A DNA stretch of 50,902 nt, filler included, from Catajapyx aquilonaris (Eukaryota): assembly GCA_000934665.2 (NCBI GenBank). It is 2 parts of 2 records of this genome, joined end to end, with 100 filler letters (N's around TTAATTAATTAA, not from the genome) between each part and the next. Parts side by side here need not be neighbours in the genome. Positions count along the whole stretch, not along the records: positions 25,501 to 50,902 come from JYFJ02005369.1; 1 more part is not named here. One strand, given 5' to 3'. Position numbers and translations under genes: made by a program. The notes under the pieces are model-generated. The model was given only the letters and a program-made list of their open reading frames with translations. It was not told the origin of the DNA and did not search any database. Below are positions 35,840 through 49,381 of the stretch, one piece after another (the first letter of the stretch is position 1; every line of letters starts with the position of its first letter).

Positions 35840-38800
35840 AGTTAGATATCAAATGTGGCTGATGCAGCAAGGTATCGTAAAATTAGATTTTATTTCACGT
35901 GTACTCCAGATAAGCAATTTCCTAACTCCATTGTTTTAGTCCTACATGCACATGTATATAGAACATGTGGTTAGCTGAGCCCTTATGGCTATAGGGTGCC
36001 AATTGCACATACCTGGATAATCAGGGTGTATCAAGACAGTATATTCGAATGTGTGTAACCTGCCCTGTAACCACCATAAAATACATGTTCTGCAGGAAGT
36101 CCCACTTTTAAAATAGGTAGTGAGATAGACTTAACTAATGAACAGTAAATGTAACTATGTAAATGAGAGTGAAATAACGTAACGGGAGAATGACTAATCA
36201 CGTCCCAATGTGTTCACATTTGGTTTCAGCCAAACTTATGCAGAATACTACACCGTTTTGTAGGCCACTTGCATGCTTACAATATGCAACAAGTATATAT
36301 TTTGTCCCCAAGAACCAGTTTTCTTAACATCCTGGAAAAATAAGCTATTGGGCATACTGTAATGCTAATGTTCAGCAATAATTTTCAATGTTCCCATTGA
36401 GCTGGGGAAATGATTCTTTTGAAGCCAATTAATAAGATATCAAGGGGAACGCCCTATGATGAAACACATGTGACATTAGGGTGCCATGGGAGGAGTAGGA
36501 GGAGGCAAGGTTGTTGACTCTTCACACTCGCAGGGACGATGAGACTATGTAGTTCAGCAAGCAAGAGAAAATTCAACAATGCAATGCTGTGTTGGCCAAA
36601 TCAGAACACACAGATTGCATATAGGCAATCTCTGCCACTGCACCTGGCAGTCTGATGCATACGGGAAGGATGAAGTGATGTGCTTGGAAGGACATAGGAA
36701 ATGATACAACAATACATCTGCCAAATGCAATATGATTGCACAATAAAAAACGCATGGCACATCATGGTATTCTCACAAATGCATGCTGCACACAAGTTAG
36801 TGCATGTTCTTTACACATCAGATCACATGATATCAAATTAGGAACAAAAATTAAGCGTTTAAGGAACTCCTGCAGTCACTGGGTGTACAAGAAAATTTCA
36901 CCCAAGAGGTGCAAAAAGCTGACACGTAATGCATAATTGATAAAAGAGACATAGCCCTTTGAGTATTGTCTGCAAAAATATCAGGATCTCTAACACACAA
37001 GCTGTGACATTGCCTATCCAAATGCAACTTTTCCATCACATTCACCTCATATTATGTTATCAGTTGTCATTCCACTTATTTCACATTACAAGTATGTCAA
37101 GTCCTGAAAAGTGATCATATAAATTCACTGAAACAACACACAATGATAGAGAAAAGAAGTTACTTATTGCAGTTTTCACTGCACTTTGATGAAGGATTAA
37201 GACACCTCAAAGCTTCACATGACACAAGACCACCGCAACATCTTTTGGTCCCAGTAATCGACTGACCGATAACAGTACCAGCAACATTCTGGTTGCCAAC
37301 TTCACACTGGTAAAACTTCAGGCACATTTGAAACTCTTGCTCTAGCAACTAATATATTTAAACCTACACTATTTAAGGGCCAGTTGCATGATAAACAGTT
37401 AGCTCAAAACAAGTTAGCGGTTGAAACGTGTCATTCACAAGGGATTTTTAACTTCTAGATTTTCTATCGAACATGTAACCATAGCCACCTTAGCCACATT
37501 AGAATATCATAATATCAGGCACGAATGTGTCAGTAACCTTACAGTATTACTAGGATATAAGTAAGCAACAAGGTAGAATGACTCAGGATGATACTCCTAG
37601 AAGGCTTTGCATGGGAGTCGTCCTACCCAATATATTATTTAACCCAAGTACTATTACCATTATGCACAGAATGAAAAGCCTATGCAAGTTCTGACTAACT
37701 GCAATTACTTCCATTTAACAAAATGGGAGTATTTTAAAAAGCAAAATAGAAATGCAAGTTGTCCCTTGCAGGAATGAGTTAACCCTGTTCACGAGATCTC
37801 GCACTGTTCAATATTCCATCCAGGGCTGAGAAAATATAAGTAAGAAACACACTTTGCCAAGTATGAATACGTACAGATTCAGACTTACATAAAGAAAATA
37901 ATCCAACATGAGCAAAAAATATATGGAAGAAATATATTAGTACCTTTAAATAGTTTAAAAGCTGTCAATTGCAAGAAAACCCATTAAATTTTGGCTCATG
38001 GCAACTTGCACCTGGCCTATGAGACTCATTCCCTCACTCAGGTAACACATAACAGACCCTTTGGCACTCCTGTGCCTCATGAAAAATATCCTCCTGCTCG
38101 AAATGGGTACAATTGAATACACCAGTAACGCCAGTATAAGGTACAGTAATAACAGTGTGTAATTAAAAAAACATGTTCCCAATTATGTAAAATTCAACCT
38201 ATGTATAATGTTGCTGAATGATTATGTAAGTTGGGGGCTTGCTGTATTCTAATAAGGAGTATTTATTTCAGTGCAAATGCAGGGAATGTGACCTCACACA
38301 CAATATCATGCTACCATTGCGGAGAGAGGCTGTTTGTGACACCTACATGTCACAATATCAATGGGTTATGACCCAGTTTAATTATGCTATCACATAATAA
38401 TTATCAGGTTGCAGCCTCAGGCCCAAGTTGTGTGTGTATCCATTAAATTGATAAGAAATATCTATGCATTATGAATAGCTACTAGATTTTCTATTATTTG
38501 TGTTCATACAACCAGGCCAAAGGTTGAAAATGTGTCGTTATCCTCACATTAGTTGGAATGTACTATTGAATAGGTTTTTTTTTTTAAACCTTATGCTAGA
38601 AATATCCAGTGAATAATCATTGAAAATAGATTCATCAAGTGCCATGCTTCACAATATCATGAGATTCAAAGTAATCTGTCTTTAACTGATGTTTTTCTAC
38701 TGTTGACAAAAGTAATATAATTTCCTTGGCCAGACGAATATGCACAAGAACAATAACCCGAATATTTCTGTTGAGCCTTCAAACAGATCTGAGATTTCAA

Positions 38801-38946
38801 TTTACCTCACGAAAACCAAGTGTTATTGAATTCAATAAAATGCATCTAGAAATCACTCAGCTTAACTAACTACACACAATCTCAAATTGTAATCACTAAC
38901 TACTATCAGATCATCACAGGTCAAAATTTATAAAATATCTATTGTC

Positions 38947-38982
38947 CCCCCTAAAGAGCCACCGGCTGATAACGGGGTATGA

Positions 38983-39026
<44 letters not shown>
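38947..39026 (+). mobile_element. 5'-truncated SINE B / partner-LINE tail
   Basis: 16-bp TSD TAAAATATCTATTGTC (38931-38946, 39027-39042). CCCCCTAAAGAGCC..GGCTGATAACGGGGTATGAA(TTA)n as in 14976-15034. Confidence 0.85.
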
Positions 39027-39029
<3 letters not shown>

Positions 39030-39498
39030 AATATCTATTGTCATTCAGTTTTGTTCAAAAAATTTCACTAAATTTCCCAAGGTGCTATTGCAGCAGTCAC
39101 ATTCACCTAATATTTTGAGGAACAACTTCTACTAATAATTATCATGTCACACCATGCAAGGGATCCTTGCAACTGATCTTGTTGTTCCTATAACACTGGA
39201 ATTAGTACACTATTAATAGTCACATTATAGACTGTGCACGATGAAATGCACAAATCACATGAATTGAAATTCACTCAGACTACAGTGAATGAGACTCATT
39301 TGACTCACAATTCCTTAGCTGCCGCTCCCCCAAATTAATTCGTTACCTGAGCATGTTGTGGCCAAAGTTACCCTACGTAGAGGCCCTACCGCTAAAATTC
39401 TTCAACTGGCCTTCTACTGTTGTACTGCATCCATCTTTTGGTATTCCCATTCATATCAATTACATATTTTACCCGAGATTTCAACTGTAGTGTGATTA

Positions 39499-41607
39499 CT
39501 AACAGGTCGTTTCAGAGGTACCTGGCTCCTCGCTGCGTGGTGGACTGGATAGGACTGATTTGCACACTTCTTCCAACTTTGCAGCAATCTGATCTATATC
39601 TTCTTCATTAAGCAGCCGACTGACAGTGATCCTAATGCTAGGGGACGGCAGACACTTATCCTCAGACTTGAGATATGATGCGCAAGTTACTGCCAGACCA
39701 TTCCTTTGCGCTTCTTGCATAATTATGTCCAAGAGTGCTTCATCCTCCAGCCTCTCCTCACTTGGTGTTTCAAGGCGCAGATGTTTCACCGGCGACTCAG
39801 GGCACCCAACAAGCTCCATTCCGGTGAGTCCTGACAAAGCCTGGTGCATTCGAAAGCAGTTTGCCTGCAACTCGGCCAACATGGATGAATCCGATTCGAG
39901 CAGGTCCAATGCTGTAATGGCAGCAGTGGCCAGAAGAGGTGGTTGCGATGCAGAAAAGCAGTACCTGGAGGAGTAATTTACAAATTAGAATGAATCAAGT
40001 TGCAATTACACCAACTGGTATTGTTTGTGCTTCTTCATAAGTAACACATACCCAAGACCTGACAAGCTCTGCCTTAAGATGATGAAGGAGGTGCCAGCAC
40101 AGAAGCCACCAATGGTTCCCATGCAAGTTTCCAGTGAGGATGAAATCAAATCTATCTGATCAATCGGTATACCAAAATGCTCCGTTATTCCTTTGCCAGT
40201 TTTACCCAAAACGGCAAAACTAAGGCTCTCATCCATGAAGATCCGCACCTTGAACCTAAAAAATTGCAAGTAATTGTGACATGCAAAACATCTGGCATGC
40301 TGTTTTTTTTATTCAGTGAATGATCTGAGAAATGTACCTGTCCTTCAGTTCCATGAGACGAGGCAGAGGGCACATCTCCCCTGAGTTTAGGTAGATTGAC
40401 TCAACGATCAGAAAACGGCGGGTGACACATGCCTTTTTAGGGTTGGCCTTGTCCACCTTCTCCTGCTCCAACAGAATTCTCTCCAGATCCGACATGTCGT
40501 TGTGCTTGAAAAACTTTATCGTGCTCCTCGACGCCTGCAAGCCCTGCTGTATCGCAAAATTAACTCCCGCATCCCTGCAAGAAAATTTAAAGTGCAAATA
40601 AAGCTGAAGTCACACACATTAACTGAGAGACTACTACTCACACGAAGATTATGTCACCTTGCTTGGCATAGGCAGGTATGGCACTGGATATGGTGCAAAA
40701 TCCATACGAATACAAGATCACTTCTTCAACACCGAGAAAACGCGATAGACGCACCTCCAATTCCAGGTGCACGTCTGTCGAGAAATTTCATTACTGTACA
40801 TGTTTGCTGTATGAAGTGTACGGTATTTTAATATTGTAATGTACATTTCCTGCATTATTAGTATGAAAGCTATCCCATGCATCAGGCAGTGGCCTCATGC
40901 AGTACTATTCGAAGGCCTTGACCCCATGTCCCTAATACTTTAATAGCGATTCAATGCCACACAGCACATCAGCTTATTCTCCAACCGTTGCCATGCATAA
41001 AATATCTAACTCACCAACAGTCCCATAGAAAGCTCTGGGTCCGCACGAGCCAACCCCATACTTCCTGAGGGTCTTCACCGCATTATCCTCAATCCTCTCG
41101 TCCCCTATGAACCCCAAGTAGTTGTGAGTGGCCAGGTTCAAGCAACGCTCCCCATCAATCTCCACATACTTTCCAACCTGCAACGCAATATTTAATTAAT
41201 ATAGTTTGCTTGTTTGTTCGTCCAGATTCGCATGGCAACTTGTCTGCATTGAAAAAATCATCAGACGGGACAAGCCAAGGATTGCGGCTGCATCTACCTT
41301 TCCTTTCAGCACCCTTGGCTGCAGTGCCCTGTGCTGCGGATCCACGTCCGGCACCAGCTCCTCCGGCACCCAGTCGGCTATCAGCTCGTCCTTCTCCTTC
41401 TGCGTGAGCCTCTGGGCCTCCTTCGGGTTGTAGCTCTTCCGAAGAAGCAGCCAGAGGAGCCAGACCAGGAGGAATCCCTCCAGGCACACGTGGTACATCC
41501 AACCCTGTCAATAAGACCATGCACCATCAGCACCACACACCAAGAGTGCGGTACCACCAGATGTCGCCGGTACGTACCTGCGACGGTGCGTAGGTGTCCC
41601 ACGGCAT
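39499..41607 (-). CDS. SPTLC1: Serine palmitoyltransferase subunit 1 (LCB1/SPTLC1), ~479 aa, 7 exons
   Basis: Exons 41607-41578, 41504-41298, 41177-41015, 40774-40642, 40574-40338, 40255-40052 and 39964-39499 join in frame with GT-AG introns. Motifs YHVCLEG (TM), [59 protein letters not shown]. Lacks the PLP lysine, as expected for LCB1. Confidence 0.95.
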
Positions 41608-42754
41608 TTTCTAGTCGACGGGAGACACTCAGGCGATCGACCCGGATTAATATTGAGCGAATTACTAATAAGCGCCAGACAGACACTTGACATATGCACG
41701 TGCGGATTCAGGCTTGGAAATAAAGGCAGTTTGGGAGGAGGCAAAACCAGGCCTGGTAATAAGACCACAATGCAAAAATGCACTCACTTAAAAAAAAAGA
41801 AGAAAAAAAGTACGTGGTACATCCAGTAGATGGAATTAACTGTCTAGTAAGTCTACACTGTAATAATTGTACCGGCGTTTTTTATGACCTTACTCGACGT
41901 GTACTTTGACTACGAGAAACGGCAAATTAATTGCAGTCCATGCTATAATTGGAATTATCTTCCGATTTTATCATAATTACTACATTTTCATCACTTGCAT
42001 GTTCTTGCATTCATCATTGGTATGTACCGTAATATAATATTACAAATAAAATAATACCATATATGACTATAAACTATAAATAAAAAGGAAATAAAATAAC
42101 ACGATTATGAGTAAAATAATATATACGGTACTATTTAAAATAAAATAACAAATAAATAGCATATGATTAAAATAAATAATTAAAAGCACGATTAAAAATA
42201 AAATCATGCAAATGTAGCCTATTTGTTGTCACCCTTAATTGCCCTGAAACACTTCCTTATTGATGTAGGCTAGACCAAGTTCAACCAATGCATGCACAAT
42301 AATTGATTAATTAATTTATATCATTGCAAGGCAGCATGATTCAAGAGAGCAGAACAAATCGCGCACATAATAATAAGCCATATAGGGTTACGCATGACAC
42401 ATTAGAGGCCGGGTGTAGCTGGCTGGGCTGTTGTAGCCTGTAGGCTACTGTATACACATGTTAGGCCTACCTAAATCCACTGGCCCACATATAGCCTACA
42501 TTATTGCATTGAGCACACTTGAAGCGAAAATCCACACCTGCATGACGGGTGACATTGACATCACGTAATAAAGTAACCTTCGGGTTGTAACAGGTACCTG
42601 CTGATGATGGTACTGTAACACGTCAGCAATTTATTCAATTATCAACATATCCCGATGCAAATGTCGCCACTTCCCCTTGGGGGAAGATAAATAATATTGC
42701 CATCACTCTCACGTCCTCTACCTTCCTTCTTTCATGTATGGTAATGTCGATTCT

Positions 42755-42755
<1 letters not shown>

Positions 42756-42810
<55 letters not shown>
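42756..42810. repeat. (AG)n microsatellite
   Basis: About 27 perfect AG units. Confidence 0.98.
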
Positions 42811-42813
<3 letters not shown>

Positions 42814-44067
42814 TGCCTTTTTTATGTTAATTATCCAGATCTGCCTGCAGCACAGCTGGTTCTACATGGTGGTGCAAAATGCCCAAGACTATACATCACG
42901 AAGGGTCAATAAATGTCCAAACGAACCTGGCCCCATTCATGTTCACGGATAAACATTCAAACACTGAATTTATTATTAAAATTTAATACATTTCCATGTA
43001 CCGATTATTATCATCAATTTTACTGAACTACCTAGTGTTATTCATGTTGAGAATGGATATGACTAAATCACCCTGTACACCCTTCAATATACTGTATAAT
43101 TAAATACAGAGTGAATCCTGATCGCATGATGGTCTCACCTGATGGGGTTACATAAATATTAATTCACGTAACAAAGCAACGCCCTCTTTTCGCATAATTA
43201 TGTAACAGCCCTTCGCTTCACAAAAAAGGTGATCTAATATTGATTCTCATGCGATTTCCTCTCAAGGCAAATATTTGTGGTAAAGTCGAGTCAAGGTGGC
43301 GTGACATTCATTTTTTTTTTTGTAGCACCTGCTGGTTTTATGGAGTGGTGAATAATGACGTTTAATTACATGCTGTAATGGAGTTATTGCAGGAAGCTCG
43401 TTGTTTTTTATGCAGGACGTCCGTTTCTCTCGCTCTCTGAAGGTGATACGATGTAATCGGACCACTTCCATTTTAAACATAATCCCACATCCTATACGTA
43501 CCATGTGGCACGAGACTTCTACTCAAAATTAGACGATATCGCTCAGACACAAGTGGATTAATGCCGGCTAATCAGCGGCAGGTTTCCTCCAGCTTATGTA
43601 ACAGGATCGAATTCACTAATCTTGGCAACAGGCTTTTTGGAGGCGGGATAATAATTATTTATGGGGCTCTGAACATTTTATTTTTAGTGGTTTCCGCTCA
43701 ACTTGAGAACTTGTCAGTATGTGTAGGCTTGAAAATGTCGCCTATTTTATTAGAGCAACAAGTGACTCAATTGCTAATACAGCAATATTGATTTAAACAT
43801 ATTTGAATAAATCGTTTCCTTTTTGTGAGTAAAAATGGAATTATCCGATAAAAATTGCTTTTAATTTTTGAGTAAAATACACGTAGTGCCTATTACTTTT
43901 AATTTTTGAACAAAATTCCCAATATATTCGCCAGTAATGTTGCCTTAAAATTGCCTAAAATTAAGATACTGAAGAAGTGAAATTTTAAAAATATTACTAA
44001 CCAATAATTATATGGAAATACAAATGCTGTTTCTGTTTTATTTAAGTTAATATTCCTCATAATAATT

Positions 44068-44348
44068 ACATAATTGAAAACTTGAGTATCCGAAGGTCCC
44101 AAGTCCACATTTTGACGATTTCGAGTTACATAATATGGGGGGTAACTTAGTACGGGGCAAGGCGCATATTTTGAATGAAAGAGAGTCCGAAATGTTCATT
44201 CTACATATGGGTAAGAAAAATCAGGAAAAATTTTCACCCATTTCGATCATTACTTATCAATTTCGATCTTTTGTCTCTCCTGAAAAGTTGAGGTGGTTGG
44301 ACTTGGGACCTTTTGCAACTCAAGGTTTCAATTGCAATACCGGCTGTA
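44068..44348. mobile_element. Degenerate Tc1/mariner MITE
   Basis: ATTGAAAACTTGAGT..AAGGTCCCAAGTCCA versus TGGACTTGGGACCTT..ACTCAAGGTTTCAAT..CCGGCTG-TA. Confidence 0.6.
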
Positions 44349-45652
44349 TGTGACATATCATCTGCCTGCTTTTATTACGGCAAGCACTGCAGCTGTGTAA
44401 TCGACGCGCTCTTTCTCGACAATAAACAACTACACAATCATGTGGAATACAATGCACTGCACAAAGCAAACTGATTGATCAGATCCACCCTTCAATAGCA
44501 TTTGACACAAACTATCCATCAAACTGAAAGAACAGTCTCACATGCACACGACCTAGACCTGCCTGCACAATTTGTATCCAAAGCCAATAAAACTCGACCA
44601 CAAACGGGTTAATATTAAAATATATATAATCTGTTCGTATTTTTTCAAGCATATCTGTTATACCGATCTCGATGTGTACGGTTAACTCCATTCTTTTTTT
44701 GGCTGCTTGTGACATGATTTCTTATAAAAATGAATCGGAGCGCAACTAGGGTCGGCCTCCGTTTTTTTAAAATGGTATATAATCTCTGGAGAAGCCCTGA
44801 AGAGTACAGTAGCATCGGTCTTGGGTTGATGACCACCGAGGGAGGCAGTTTGCTGGTTTGGCTCCTCCGGATGGAGCTCCCGGCTGTAAAGCAGGACTGA
44901 CCAGATTCTTTGCCTTCACTTTTCGTACACATTATTTCCAGCTGGGACGCTGCTCGAATTCAAAAGGATTGGACGGCTACTTCCGGGACCAGATTTCCGG
45001 TCGAAACCACTGACAAGGTGAGTTGTCTTTCAGAATTTTTTTATAAAAGGAGGTCTGGCATTAATGTAACTATTTTCAGTCAAAAACAACTATCAGAACT
45101 GTATCAATAAGTGTTATTTTTATGTAACTTTCAACTTCATAGAATGTCAATTCTGAGTTAATATTATACTATTTATAGCATTCATCCTAATATACAAAAA
45201 ACCATGGAGGCTATGTATAGGCCCTACATCAGAAAATTATCGGCAGATCATTCAAATTTAATTACTCATTTTTGAACAGCGTTGCTAATTATTCTAACCT
45301 AAACAACAGTTTCTCCAAAAACTACATATGCATAAGTTCGAAATTAAATAGTCGCATTCAGTTCGTTAAATTTATCTCTATATCATCGTGTGTGCCAAAC
45401 ACTGTAGTTCATTATTGTACCGTACAATGTGTGCAAGGCTTATTTTTTGCGCATTTAATTTGAATTCGTGACAGTAAGCGTCACACAGTGACCAGAATTT
45501 TAATAAAGAACGCCCGTTGTCTGCTTATTTTTCACGCACACTGTATGTCACGAAGCGTTTCTTGTACCGCGTGGTAAATACCGCAAAAATGTATATTTCA
45601 TTTAGGGTGCTCCTGACCTGGCTAACATCGCACTGCCAAGCTGATCTACGTG

Positions 45653-47651
45653 ATGATTTGCATTTGCCTAGGGGCAGTCCTCCTAGCTTCTCAGGTATTT
45701 AATATTTTGTTTATTGTAAGAGAATATTTAATAGCATGATATCTGCAGCAGCAATAACAGACCGGCCTTATGCCATCTCTTATGTGGCGAATAGAGCCTA
45801 CGACACTTCTATATCCACTAATTTTGGGTTAGGTGGCATCAGTCCCGTCTCATTGGTCATGGGACGACTCGGAGCCCTTGCAAGTGGCCAACCTGAGCGT
45901 CATGTGTGACCGACGCAGCATGACCATTGACCTCCACTTCACAAAGCCCTTCCATGGCATCATATATTCTCAGGACCACTACGACCACTCAGAGTGCAAC
46001 TACGTCACAACTAAAAACAACGGAGATAATTCGTACAAGTATGTGCTATTTAAAAAATCCATATATGCAAATAATTTTCTTTAAATTCAGTACAACTCTA
46101 TAGGGTGAACAATCCGTTGGCTTTCCAGTTTCAAGATCCCTGCAGAGAGCTGTGGGACAATCCTTCTGGGCAACTCGAGTCTAAACGGGACGTCCGGACA
46201 AGAGGATCCGTGGTTCGAGAACACTCTGATCATCCAAAGAGATCCGGTGCTTCAGGAAGAAGGTGATCTGTCCCAGAGGCTGAGGTGCACCTGGCAGACG
46301 ACCATCCGAAAATCAGTCGGAACCAGCCCATTCAGAGTCTATGACCCTTTCGTGGTACGTATCGCATCGGGCATGTCCATTTTCCTCCTTGATGATGATG
46401 CAGCAGTAATTATTGCAGGTGCAAGTACAGCTGAACAACAGGGCGGTCAACACAGTGATGCAGGTGCAACGCGGTCGAGGCGCGTTCTCGCCGCCTCTGA
46501 AGGGCTATCTGCACGTGGATGACCAGCAGACGTCGTTGGTCATCTTCGTCAAAGGTGGGTCATTTGTATGTCAACATGTGACAGATCTGACCTCCTGACT
46601 TTGCAGATGATCTTGGACAACTGGACGCGACTGTTCTGGAGTGCGAAGCGCAAATAAAGGACGGTGCACGTACTACGCTGACCGACGCCAACGGATGCGT
46701 CAGGCGTCCAGACGCAATATCGCCATTTCACAAAGTTAGAGTCAGCGACGTCAGCGACGCCGATCTCATACTCTACACCGTCTTTCGGGTAATAACAAGA
46801 GTCAATGAGTCGTACCTCCGATTTCACATCACATTAATTCACAGGCCTTCCAACTGCCTCAAAGGACCCGATTCAACATAACGTGCCAAGTACAACTCTG
46901 CTACGGACACTGTCCTGTCAAACAATGCGATAACAATGACGCCGATTCAGACAGGTAAGGCCAGGTGTCACTCTGATGACACATATGATAAACTGAATCA
47001 TTCCAATGACACGTCCCGTTGAGAAATCAGCTGATGATAGCTTGGTTGAGCCAAATAGTTATAGATGGCTATCTTTTTTACGAACGCAACCGAGTGTGCA
47101 CCACAGTTCGCGCAGCATGCAAGGTTGGCATTGTACAGTGGGTGAATCGCATAGCACTTATTTCCAACGCTACGCTTGGAGGAAAACAAAAATGGCTAAC
47201 ATTTGCGACGTTGTTGTCAGATCAATGGAGCTGCGCGAGTGTGGGTGCGCATTCGGTTGCACTAGTAAAAAATTTTATCGCGGGTTCATTTTGTATTATA
47301 TTTTTAAAACCTTTTAGTTCAACGGAGGGCAGAAGATCACGTCGTGAAACGTCTCCATTGACCACCGTTGTGGAGCTTCGTCGCGAGGTGATCGTCGGAG
47401 AGGACGAAGACAATGCAGGACCACCGACGCCGTCCAAACAGGACCTATCAATAGGCAGGCCTGAGTCTGTGGGTGTGTTCACGTTTCTCGCTGCCTTCGG
47501 CCTGATCAGCGCCTCTCTGGTGGTTCTGGGTGTAATCGTGGGACTGATCAACTTCCAGCTAGGAGAGTGGACGTGCAGGAGACGACACGACGACGAAGAC
47601 GAGTATTCGCAAGCAGAGGAACAGAAGCAGATCGAGGATGGTTACCCGTAA
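45653..47651 (+). CDS. ZP-domain transmembrane protein (cuticlin/dusky-like), ~411 aa, 7 coding exons
   Basis: Exons 45653-45694 (signal MICICLGAVLLASQ), 45833-46038, 46129-46354, 46419-46554, 46607-46788, 46845-46954 and 47318-47651 join in frame. ZP motifs C..SMTIDLHFTKPFHGIIYS...C.Y, FENTLIIQ.DP..QE.GD, TDANGC, ITCQVQLCYGHC. Furin site RRSRR, TM helix and short tail. Probable 5'UTR exon donor at 45017. Confidence 0.88.
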
Positions 47652-49381
47652 TGCTCTTTATGGATTGCTGGTGTCAACAAGACCGTGTCTATCTCCTTCC
47701 TTTCAAGCGCCATTTATTGTTGGCGGCCACTGACTTTTGAACAAAAAAAAAGACGTGAATTCCTGCCTGGTGCAGTACGCTCCACAAATTGCAAAAATAA
47801 AGTAGGGTACACATTGTACGTTTTTTAAATATTTGCGGAATTTTTATTATTCTACTCATCGTCTGTTCCTGGAATATGTGCGCGATTTATTACAACTTTA
47901 TTTGGCAATCACTCCTCACTTGTCAGCATGACCATCTCGATTCAGTGACAAACGCCCGGAACAGGACGCGTCTGTCACTCGCGTACCCTTGATTACACTA
48001 ATACCATTGACAAGTCCTTGTCAGACCGGAATTATTTTGTCCGGTGGGCGGAGGACACTGCTGACGTGCAGTACCTCTGCAATGTCAGGTATCTTTAGAA
48101 CCAAACATATAAATATAAATCAAGCTACGAAGAAATCCGCGACCAAAAAAAAAGACCCGACCTTGCGTTTACAAAATAATTTGGCACAAGATCATTTCCT
48201 TTTTTTCATATATGAAATACACCATAATATTAATGCCTTCGCTACGCTGGCAAGTGGCTTTGTAAAAAAATACGTCCCTGTACACAACATCACCTGTCCA
48301 ATATAGGGCAATGGCCTGAACAATCAGTAGACCTTAACACACTTGTGTGCACATCAGATGTGGTTGCTGTTTCCATGTGAAGAATTTACATTATTCCATA
48401 AACATATTACATAATGTCAATTTAAAAATGAAATGTGATAGTTTGTCCTATTTAATTAGCAAACCTCAATTGCATCACTAGTAACTTAACACTGAATAAT
48501 TTAGAAACTGTGGAAAATTACTGCAACATGTTTTGCTCCTTTCTTGAGCATCTGGCACTCTGTACAGTACCGGTAAGTTATGTTTGTTATTGCACAGTGC
48601 GCTGCATGCCCGTAGAAAAATGTTGCTCAAGAAATTCTCGATAAAAGTGTGCAGAAATTGAATCATTTATCATACAATTTTCATCGCTCTTAGACATGCC
48701 ATATAGACATAAAATGACGGTCAATTTCAATAATTTTCAGTGCAATACCTAATAATTTACTTTGGAGTTGCCCAAAGGGTTGTTTATACTCAAATAACAT
48801 GTGCATAGTACATTTCAGATGCCAAGGAATGTGCCCAGGCTGTAATGCCAAATGGTAATGTACATTATTTTGTTCAGTTCCTATGGATAAATAATGAAGG
48901 TTATGAAATTGAGGTCGTTCGGAGGCAGGGGTGTCAGGTTGCAGGTAATTGCAATTTCCTGTAGGAAATTAATCGCCGCTCTAAGCCCGTTTTATCAACT
49001 TGAATTCATATCAAAATCTGTTTTATTGTGAGCATCTTTGCGTAAATACCCCGAAGCTAGAGGAGTAACATACGTATACATACACTTCGGAATAACACTT
49101 TAGCAATAGTTTTGCAAGATGCTCTTATTTTAATGCTGGAATGACAAACGAAGGGACGATGGAGTGCAGTGGCTTGGCATTTTCAATAACAATGTTGTTT
49201 TTTTTTGTAAACGACTGCTTTATTTTCAAAAACAGAGATTCGCATTTCAGTTACACTCGTAAAAAAATTACGAAAAATTGCACCATACACATTGCACGGT
49301 CAGAAACAACAATTTTGAAATACAATTTGGTTGCATTGTCCGAGTCCCAGGCTCAGCTCCATTTAGGCCTATGAGGTCAGT

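Noticed and set aside
32113..41607. MOXD-like + SPTLC1 adjacency as a lipid/amine biosynthetic gene cluster
   Set aside because: Only adjacency supports it. SPTLC1 is a housekeeping non-catalytic subunit; conserved synteny and co-expression would be needed.
42538..42561. Alternative SPTLC1 first exon MSMSPVMQ
   Set aside because: Weak donor (GTGTGG). The exon 41607-41578 has AAAATG context, a strong donor (GTACGT) and a typical 73-nt intron.
47019..47317. N-terminal part of the 210-aa ORF
   Set aside because: Intronic read-through; the real exon starts at the acceptor at 47318.
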